Below, piece by piece: positions 1 to 5,892 of a stretch of 10,102 nucleotides of DNA. Both the position numbers and the translations under genes were made by a program. The stretch covers positions 1-10,102 of the IMG/VR virus record IMGVR_UViG_3300044504_000033; one strand, 5' to 3'. The notes beneath the pieces are model-generated. The model had not been told where the DNA came from. It was given only the letters and a program-made list of their open reading frames with translations, and did no database searches. How positions within the stretch are numbered: the stretch's first letter is position 1; each line of letters starts with the position of its first letter. Origin of the DNA: a virus. Its lineage: Duplodnaviria; Heunggongvirae; Uroviricota; Caudoviricetes.

Positions 1-339
1 GTATTCACCTGTAGCGCATGGTACCAAAGTGCCTATACTAGCTGTCTCAAATGGCACTCTACTTGTGAATACGGTCCTGAAGATATCACCAGTCACAACA
101 GCATCACGCCCAAAGTAACAGTAACCTTCATACTGCGATTGGGAAGTACCTCGCTTGCGGTGCAGCTTACCACAGAGAGTGTGCCTATCCCCTTTGTGGT
201 GTAAATAAACTGCATACTGTTGGTAGGCATTGGTACCTGCAACCTCCACCGTGTAACCGCTGGTCAGTAAGTCTCCCAGCATTGCAGACCAGACACCTCC
301 CGCGATTACACGTATCTCCGGATGGAGGACGTACCTCAA
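1..339 (-). CDS. Partial hypothetical protein running off the left edge (not in ORF track)
   Basis: Hand translation finds no stop from 339 to 1: (M)RYVLHPEIRVIAGGVWSAMLGDLLTSGYTVEVAGTNAYQQYAVYLHHKGDRHTLCGKLHRKRGTSQSQYEGYCYFGRDAVVTGDIFRTVFTSRVPFETASIGTLVPCATGEY. Start is either TTG 339 (TTGA overlap with the upstream stop) or ATG 282 (GGAGGT 12 nt upstream). Confidence 0.65.
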   Translation of the reverse strand, partial: MRYVLHPEIRVIAGGVWSAMLGDLLTSGYTVEVAGTNAYQQYAVYLHHKGDRHTLCGKLHRKRGTSQSQYEGYCYFGRDAVVTGDIFRTVFTSRVPFETASIGTLVPCATGEY

Positions 340-518
340 AATGCATCCATCTCTCTGAGCATTTCCTCCAATTCACGTTCGAGATTCTTCAGGATGATTT
401 TCGTGGTGTCAATTTCACGAAGCTTTCCTTTGCAGTGCTTCTTGAACTCCGTCAGTTTTTCCGCATCCAGCTCCGCTTGTGCAGCCATCTTTACATCTTG
501 TGCAGTCGTATTGGGCAT
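336..518 (-). CDS. Small coiled-coil hypothetical protein, 60 aa
   Basis: E/K/L/R-rich heptad pattern (KLREIDTTKIILKNLERELEEMLREM). GGAG lies 7 nt upstream of ATG 518; the alternative ATG at 524 is only 1 nt from the SD. Confidence 0.7.
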   Translation of the reverse strand: MPNTTAQDVKMAAQAELDAEKLTEFKKHCKGKLREIDTTKIILKNLERELEEMLREMDAF

Positions 519-705
519 TGTCATTCTCCGGTTGGGTTAGATATGTACGAGCGAGTTCTACTAGTGTTTCAATACCTGTGAGTCGAATCTTCGCGAGATT
601 CTTACCACCCGCCACTACGACGTTTGAACTCTTTAGAAGAGCAACGTATTTTTGAAGAGTCTCAAGAGTCTCCTCATATGTCAGCGTATCTGGGATATCT
701 TTCAT
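415..705 (-). CDS. Hypothetical protein, 96 aa (C-terminal third overlaps the next gene)
   Basis: Strong AAAGGAG SD 7 nt upstream of ATG; helical-looking N-terminal 60 aa. Confidence 0.65.
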   Translation of the reverse strand: MKDIPDTLTYEETLETLQKYVALLKSSNVVVAGGKNLAKIRLTGIETLVELARTYLTQPENDNAQYDCTRCKDGCTSGAGCGKTDGVQEALQRKAS

Positions 706-760
706 GTTGTATCTCCTTTCAGTTGTTTAAAGTTGTTACTTACTATACTCTTTGTAAGGC
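706..760 (-). promoter_or_regulatory. A-rich intergenic leader with strong RBS and a possible -10 element
   Basis: AAAGGAG at 713-719; AACAACT direct repeat at 721-727 and 731-737; TATAGT at 742-747. No good -35 at canonical spacing. Confidence 0.35.
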
Positions 761-776
761 TCCGAACAGACGGTTT

Positions 777-1025
777 CTACGGGGCACCCCATCTCGTTAT
801 TCCGAGAATACTTGTAAATAGAAAGCCTATCTGTAACACGAGAATACCATTAAAGCCTTTCAGGATGGCAAATCCGATGAAGCAGATATTACTCAGGAGA
901 AAGCTTATGAAGCCAAATCCTAAAAACTCACCATTCATCGCTGGGAGTAACACGCCGGTGAGACCGAACAGACTTCCCATCCACTCCAACTTAGTGGCCC
1001 AATCAAATCTTCGTACTTTTCTCAC
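777..1025 (-). CDS. Small membrane protein with about 3 TM helices, 82 aa (possibly PnuC/SemiSWEET-like half-transporter)
   Basis: GTG start with GAGGT 9 nt upstream. Three hydrophobic segments: WMGSLFGLTGVLLPAM, FLGFGFISFLLSNICFIGFAIL and ILVLQIGFLFTSILGITRW. The family assignment is tentative. Confidence 0.7.
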   Translation of the reverse strand: MRKVRRFDWATKLEWMGSLFGLTGVLLPAMNGEFLGFGFISFLLSNICFIGFAILKGFNGILVLQIGFLFTSILGITRWGAP

Positions 1026-1055
1026 TTAGCTTACACCTCTATTGTGCTCATAGTC

Positions 1056-1080
1056 CCTAAGAGGTCTCCCGAGAGAGACC
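1056..1080 (-). terminator. Hairpin after the DHH gene, possible weak terminator or RNA processing/stability element
   Basis: Minus strand reads GGTCTCT-CTCG-GGAGACC (7 bp including one U-G) followed by TCTTAGG. The U-tract is poor. Confidence 0.4.
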
Positions 1081-1088
1081 ATGTTAGA

Positions 1089-1937
1089 TCAGAATTTAGC
1101 TAAGGTATGATGTCTTTTTACGATGAAACCAGCAGCATTCTTGTGTCCACCGCCACCATACGATTCAGCAATTTTCGCAACGTCCATACCTCCCTCCTTC
1201 TGGGAACGTAGTGAAAAGTTACGTGAAAAGCGTGTATCACTGTAGGTTGCGGAGAACGGGTGTCCGACACTCATGAGGTTACCTGCTTCACTCGAATACA
1301 TATACGGTATGTTGGCAACGGGTACAGAGATACCACCAATTACGCCTGTTCGTTGTGCATACTTAATAAGGGCCTTGATGTCTATGTTGTACTTCCTGAG
1401 AAGTGGCGTTCCTTCGCTAATGAGTGTATGTACGGACTTCTGCATGATGACCTTGTCAAATAATTCAGGATCCTCTAGGATTCCTTCATATGACATAAGT
1501 GCCATAGTCAGCTCACGGGTTCCTTCCAATTCGAACTTCCAAAGATCCCTGTCCTGGATGTGCAGAAGCGTCTTAGGAATCTCTTCAAGATGATTTGTCA
1601 GTCCTTTCACAAACTCCCATGCGAGAACAGCACCGCTCTTAGAGGTATCAATCACTTTAACCAGATTCGGGTGCTCCAACCCTGCGAGATCTTCGAAAGA
1701 TGTCTGATGGTGATCGATGATAGTTAGCGATTTCACTTTCGTGAGTAGGTCTTCCATAACATCACGTTTGAAAGAGAAATCTACAAGTATCACATCCTTT
1801 CCTGTCGTCTCCCACAGTGGCATCCCATACGACATTGGCATGTACACCGCAGTTTCCCTGAGAGTATTCCAGACAGCCCATGCAGCACCAATACCATCGG
1901 CGCAGTTTTTGTGGTAAATCACGTAAGGCTTAGACAT
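1089..1937 (-). CDS. DHH/DHHA1 family phosphoesterase
   Basis: YHKNCADG (motif I), ILVDFS (II), IIDHH (III), IQDRDLW (IV), and DHHA1 signatures SLRS and YGGGGHKNAAGF. Confidence 0.9.
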   Translation of the reverse strand: MSKPYVIYHKNCADGIGAAWAVWNTLRETAVYMPMSYGMPLWETTGKDVILVDFSFKRDVMEDLLTKVKSLTIIDHHQTSFEDLAGLEHPNLVKVIDTSKSGAVLAWEFVKGLTNHLEEIPKTLLHIQDRDLWKFELEGTRELTMALMSYEGILEDPELFDKVIMQKSVHTLISEGTPLLRKYNIDIKALIKYAQRTGVIGGISVPVANIPYMYSSEAGNLMSVGHPFSATYSDTRFSRNFSLRSQKEGGMDVAKIAESYGGGGHKNAAGFIVKRHHTLAKF

Positions 1938-2197
1938 TAAAAGTTCTCCGGTAGCGTAATTAAAGATGGTTCATTTACTTCATATTTGAGGTGTATTTTT
2001 TGACGGATTTCTTTGGCAATTTCTAACCATGTAGCTGGATTGATGGGTGCTTCGGGGTTATCTTCAGCGGGTCTCCCTTCGATGAATTGCGAATAGTGGC
2101 GGATTGCCTCAATCATAAAGATTTGGGTGAGTGCGCCATGTTTGGTATGAAGCATTGTACTGAGTAAAAATTCAGCGTTATCGATTGCCATTGACAT
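1937..2197 (-). CDS. Hypothetical protein, about 86 aa
   Basis: Start moved from 2260 to ATG 2197 (or 2191) after AAAGGAG. TAATG overlap with the DHH gene. Confidence 0.7.
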   Translation of the reverse strand: MSMAIDNAEFLLSTMLHTKHGALTQIFMIEAIRHYSQFIEGRPAEDNPEAPINPATWLEIAKEIRQKIHLKYEVNEPSLITLPENF

Positions 2198-2384
2198 CTC
2201 TCTCCTTTGTTGAAATGATATCCATACTGTGTGGATAATCCTTGCCCATAAAAAGACCATCGCCCCTTAGATGCCATATGCGATCATTCTCATCCACAGT
2301 CAGCATAACTCGTTGAGCTGCATCCATGACAGTCAAGACTACGCCACCGCGTGTCATACATACATCACCTTTCTCGAATCTCAT
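2178..2384 (-). CDS. Small beta-rich hypothetical phage protein, 68 aa
   Basis: ATG directly abuts the upstream TAA. The GDVCMTRGG...GDG...HSMDII pattern resembles small SH3-like phage proteins (recollection only). Confidence 0.65.
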   Translation of the reverse strand: MRFEKGDVCMTRGGVVLTVMDAAQRVMLTVDENDRIWHLRGDGLFMGKDYPHSMDIISTKERDVNGNR

Positions 2385-3365
2385 TTACTTTTCCTCGAAT
2401 ATTTTGTCAATCAACTTAGCTAGGTACGTCTCATCGATACGCTCTTTTGTTGTTTCGAGCGTAGTGATCAACTCATGCATATAGGCGGCATCAACGCCCA
2501 ACAACTGCTCTTTCAGGACATGCATATCATGAAGGTCCAAGTCACTGATTTGAAACAGCATCTTGAGTATCTGTCCTGCAGAAATCCGCCAACCTCTATC
2601 AAGAAACTTACGAATCCTGAATACTGATGCAATTGGGTACAAGCTACCCGCGTATATCAGTGATTTCGAAAGGATTGATTCAAGAGCTTCTTTGGTGACA
2701 TTAAGCTCACCTGTGAAGACATCGTAATAGCACATGGCGTGTACAAAGTCATAATTGTCATGAATCTCAGCAGGTGTTCCGTAGAAGCGAATCACGAGTT
2801 GCATCTTATTTGTCAATGTGATTGCGTTATCAGTGAGAAACACAGGACGATACCGCTTGAGTTTCTTGTCTTTAAGATTCTCAACAACGGCATCAGCAAT
2901 TTCAAGAGGTTCATCCATCACCAGAGAGTCGATAAAGCGGGATGCACCTATCTCAGGCTCACCCTCAAAATAACGATACTCTTCTGTGGTATCACTCGCA
3001 ATACCTGATGACTGCATGAAGATCGTCACACGCTTTTCATCAACCCCTTTACAATTTTTGATTATGGTAAATTGGACTTCCGGGTTATAGTTCTTCGCGA
3101 CCGCATGTTTCAGAATACCTTGAGTCTTATTGAATTCAGCCACGTAGTACTTTGCCACCAGTGCTGCTGCCTCGAGCGTACGAAAGTAAATATCGTAGTC
3201 CTTAGGAGACTCACCTTGTAGCATTGATGCGATACAGCCACCACTCACGATTGTATTTTCTATTGCAACCTTACGTACGTCACGATCTTCGATTGTCTCC
3301 AACCAATCATCAATCTTCTTTCGGATTGCTAATTTGATTGTGCTCTTCTTCATTCCTGTCATCAT
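2385..3365 (-). CDS. Phage nucleotidyltransferase, class II CCA/poly(A) polymerase-like head domain, atypical
   Basis: SGGCIASMLQGESPKDYDIYF matches the GG...G...DxD catalytic motif. HDNYDFVHAMCYYD aligns to RRDFTINAxxYD. YPIASVFRIRKF aligns to the EDPLRxxRxxRF region. Start moved to ATG 3365 (or 3362) based on a GGAG SD and the ATGA overlap. Confidence 0.75.
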   Translation of the reverse strand: MMTGMKKSTIKLAIRKKIDDWLETIEDRDVRKVAIENTIVSGGCIASMLQGESPKDYDIYFRTLEAAALVAKYYVAEFNKTQGILKHAVAKNYNPEVQFTIIKNCKGVDEKRVTIFMQSSGIASDTTEEYRYFEGEPEIGASRFIDSLVMDEPLEIADAVVENLKDKKLKRYRPVFLTDNAITLTNKMQLVIRFYGTPAEIHDNYDFVHAMCYYDVFTGELNVTKEALESILSKSLIYAGSLYPIASVFRIRKFLDRGWRISAGQILKMLFQISDLDLHDMHVLKEQLLGVDAAYMHELITTLETTKERIDETYLAKLIDKIFEEK

Positions 3366-3706
3366 TTTACTCCAGTGATTATGTAACGCCAAGCTTGAAC
3401 GCTTCGCTCTACAGTATACTCTTCTTCGGCATCCTCAACCATGAATGTACGTGCACTCGAGGCTAGGAAACGACCTCTGTGGATTCTCCCATTTATCTTT
3501 AGTGCGATAGCACGACCCTCTTCTGGAAAGAAATGCAGGGGTACCTTAGCGTAGCTTCTGTCGCGCGGTAGGTTGACCCAGCGATCATTAGACATTAGAA
3601 GTGTCTCAAACTCAGCTATCTTTGCATTATGCCGCAAAATTAGCTCAGACACAATCGCATCAAAGTCCGCCGCGTTTTTTGTGAATCTTTCTTTTAGATC
3701 ATCCAT
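3362..3706 (-). CDS. Hypothetical protein, 114 aa (helical N-half, beta-rich C-half)
   Basis: Start moved from the track position 3778 to ATG at 3706 (MDDLK), which has GGAGG 5 nt upstream and follows the ligase stop. ATGA overlap with the next gene. Confidence 0.7.
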   Translation of the reverse strand: MDDLKERFTKNAADFDAIVSELILRHNAKIAEFETLLMSNDRWVNLPRDRSYAKVPLHFFPEEGRAIALKINGRIHRGRFLASSARTFMVEDAEEEYTVERSVQAWRYIITGVK

Positions 3707-3716
3707 ACTCCCCTCC

Positions 3717-5036
3717 CTATAGTGATAATATGTAATCGGTTGAATCTGCGTATGACTTGTCAAAACGTCTCTCAACAAACCCAGGTATAAATAGTGAGTA
3801 GCCTTCCACCCCTTCTTTTGTAATTACTTCATTAAACTTCACGGTAACAATGGCACCTAGCCAACCACCACGCTCGTTATTAATTTCTTCGCGTTCTTTA
3901 TCAGTGAAGCCTGATGCGCTGGCTTTGACAGACCCATCACGCGATTCACAGGCCAGTGAACCAAATGTTGATGCATTCTTTCCCGTACCTGGATTGAACC
4001 CTACAACTTTTAACTCACACTCTTTTTCAGCTTTAATCTTTATCTGACGCAGAGATGTACCATCTTTCCAAACCGCCTTCGGGTCTTTGAAGACCGTCCC
4101 CTCCTTGCCCAATGCCCACATCTCCTCAGCATGCTCAACAGCTGCCTCAAAAGAGTATACCATACGTGTCTCGATGAGCCTAACTGATTTGAGACCTCCA
4201 ACACGTGCAACAAGTGTGTTGTACCGTGTGGCATATGGCACTGAATACACGCAACCTGCATACGCATAGTTAAGCGGCATTAGGTCCCAAACAAAGTATA
4301 TTGGTTCTTCATTCTCAGCAAAATTACCACCTTCGCGAACACGATTGATGACGCCATTACTTTGCTTTCGAGGTAACCGGACACCATCGCGAAATACAAC
4401 AATCTCACCATTGTAGCGTGTTTCGGTAGTCCCCATAAATTTCACAAGATCTTCCACTATACCTGGAAATTTTGAAGAGTCAATACCCAAACCCTTGCGC
4501 GTGGTGAAGAATACACTGTCACCGGTTAGAGAAGCATCCATATAAAGACCATCCGCTTTCTCTTGGCTAACTACCCCAGTTTCCCATGGAAAGCCTGCCA
4601 AGTCCACATGTTTAGGTAAACTACAACGCATGTACGGAAACTGAGGAATCAATCCTGGTGCTGCTTTATTGATTGACTTGACATTCATGCCAATCTCAAG
4701 GTCTTTATTAAGGATACGTCCCAACAACCGTTGAGACTCCTCCCCTAAATACATGAGATGCGCAATGATAGCTCCATGTGCTACATTTCCTGTCAAAGAC
4801 CTGTCGGCTAAATCACTGAGCAACTCGAAGGTATCATCATCGAAGTCACCGTCGTGAACTGAAGTCGGTATGTTTACCTTGATGATGCCGAATTTGATGA
4901 ACGGGTTGTAAGCTTGTTCTACAATCTTTTTAAAATCTTCATCTTCAAAAAACTCCCTCATTAGAGAGATCTTCGCATTACGCTTAGGCTCTCTTGCGAT
5001 GATTTCCAGCATTTGATATACTTCTGAACTAAGCAT
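3717..5036 (-). CDS. lig: ATP-dependent DNA ligase (T4 gp30-like, with N-terminal helical DNA-binding domain)
   Basis: Motif I QEKADG, III YNGEIVV, IIIa YFVWDL, IV EGTVFKD, V KIKAEKECELKVVG, VI PGFVERRFDK; GAGGTG SD 4 nt upstream of ATG. Confidence 0.93.
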   Translation of the reverse strand: MLSSEVYQMLEIIAREPKRNAKISLMREFFEDEDFKKIVEQAYNPFIKFGIIKVNIPTSVHDGDFDDDTFELLSDLADRSLTGNVAHGAIIAHLMYLGEESQRLLGRILNKDLEIGMNVKSINKAAPGLIPQFPYMRCSLPKHVDLAGFPWETGVVSQEKADGLYMDASLTGDSVFFTTRKGLGIDSSKFPGIVEDLVKFMGTTETRYNGEIVVFRDGVRLPRKQSNGVINRVREGGNFAENEEPIYFVWDLMPLNYAYAGCVYSVPYATRYNTLVARVGGLKSVRLIETRMVYSFEAAVEHAEEMWALGKEGTVFKDPKAVWKDGTSLRQIKIKAEKECELKVVGFNPGTGKNASTFGSLACESRDGSVKASASGFTDKEREEINNERGGWLGAIVTVKFNEVITKEGVEGYSLFIPGFVERRFDKSYADSTDYILSL

Positions 5037-5232
5037 TAAGCACCTCTAATGTTATTTTTCCATAGACTACAATAGTTGGGTACCCATCATCATTCCTGAG
5101 AGGGTGACGATACGCGTCTTGCTGGAGAATATGCGCACAAGATTCCTCGAGATCATATGCTACACAACGTTCTAAAAGTTGACCATCCAATCTAATCCCC
5201 TTTACGAATCCAAAATATGAGTTTACTAGCAA
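5029..5232 (-). CDS. Small hypothetical phage protein, 67 aa
   Basis: TTG start after a GGGG SD-like element; overlaps the upstream stop and the ligase start; fills the gap exactly. Confidence 0.65.
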   Translation of the reverse strand: MLVNSYFGFVKGIRLDGQLLERCVAYDLEESCAHILQQDAYRHPLRNDDGYPTIVVYGKITLEVLNA

Positions 5233-5453
5233 TCCATTTCCCCTTCAAATGTCACAGCCGCTCCACAACAGTTTGATATAATGAGTTCCTCCAGATAATC
5301 ACCGTGACAATGCTCCTTACATCTTTGACAGGTGCCGAGTATTAGCGGCCTCTTGACTGTTCTGTTTTCACCAGTTTCAGAGTTAACCCATAACTCGTGT
5401 ACTTCGGCAGTATTTCCCTTAAATACAACTGTAGACTCATGTAACTCAATCAT
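5226..5453 (-). CDS. Small Cys-rich hypothetical protein, possible Zn-binding, 75 aa
   Basis: CQRC...SNCCGA; GGAG 7 nt upstream of ATG; overlaps both neighbours. Confidence 0.7.
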   Translation of the reverse strand: MIELHESTVVFKGNTAEVHELWVNSETGENRTVKRPLILGTCQRCKEHCHGDYLEELIISNCCGAAVTFEGEMDC

Positions 5454-5892
5454 CTCCGTTCTCCGGTATACCTCGCGCCTTTGCGACTCTCAGTGCCTCC
5501 TTTGTAGTGGTGTACCAGAGAAGCCTATCAACAGAAAATAATTCTTGTCCTGATATTGCCCCAATCTTCCTGCACATTTTGTAGCCTTTCTTTGGCTTTG
5601 TAGGGAGGATTGGTGCTGCGAATGAAGGGGGTACTGTAACAGGAAGTGCCGTGGAAGGTGCTAAAGTTACAGTTGGGGTTACAGTTGGGGCTACAGTTGG
5701 GGCTACAGTTGGGGTTACAGTTGGGGTTACAGTTGGGGTTACAGTTGGGGTTACAGTTGGGGCTACAGTTGGGGTTACAGTTGGGGTTACAGTTGGGGTT
5801 ACAGTTGGGGTTACAGTTGGGGTTACAGTTGGGGTTACAGTCTTTGATGTAACAGACAGTCCCGGTATCATCAGCTTAGAAGGGTCGAGCAT
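5446..5892 (-). CDS. Pro/Thr-repeat protein: short N-terminus, 14 x (T/A)PTV, small basic C-terminal region
   Basis: ATG with GAGGA 6 nt upstream. It overlaps the upstream ORF by 22 nt and the downstream ORF by 8 nt, in line with the operon. The repeat is read in frame as TPTV/APTV. Confidence 0.75.
   Translation of the reverse strand: MLDPSKLMIPGLSVTSKTVTPTVTPTVTPTVTPTVTPTVTPTVAPTVTPTVTPTVTPTVTPTVAPTVAPTVTPTVTLAPSTALPVTVPPSFAAPILPTKPKKGYKMCRKIGAISGQELFSVDRLLWYTTTKEALRVAKARGIPENGDD
5667..5841. repeat. Tandem repeat: 14 full copies of 12-bp (T/C)TACAGTTGGGG plus a partial copy
   Basis: Counted directly: units run from 5667 to 5834. Copies at 5691, 5703 and 5763 begin with C (Ala codon) and the other 11 with T. 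Partial TTACAGT at 5835-5841. Confidence 0.97.

Noticed and set aside
777-1025. Confident holin call for the 3-TM protein
   Set aside because: No endolysin or spanin is nearby and the context is nucleotide metabolism, so it is kept only as an alternative.
1063-1080. Inverted pair of BsaI sites (GGTCTC...GAGACC) suggesting a cloning scar
   Set aside because: It is fully explained as a natural hairpin stem right after a stop codon. No vector or other synthetic sequence is nearby.
3366-3392. N-terminal extensions given in the ORF track (also 3707-3778, 2198-2260, 10085-10093)
   Set aside because: These upstream starts lack an SD or run deep into neighbouring genes. Downstream ATGs have well-spaced SDs.
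5667-5841. CRISPR array or telomere-like repeat
   Set aside because: The units are 12 bp and directly adjacent, with no unique spacers and no cas genes. The array is internal to a coding frame.
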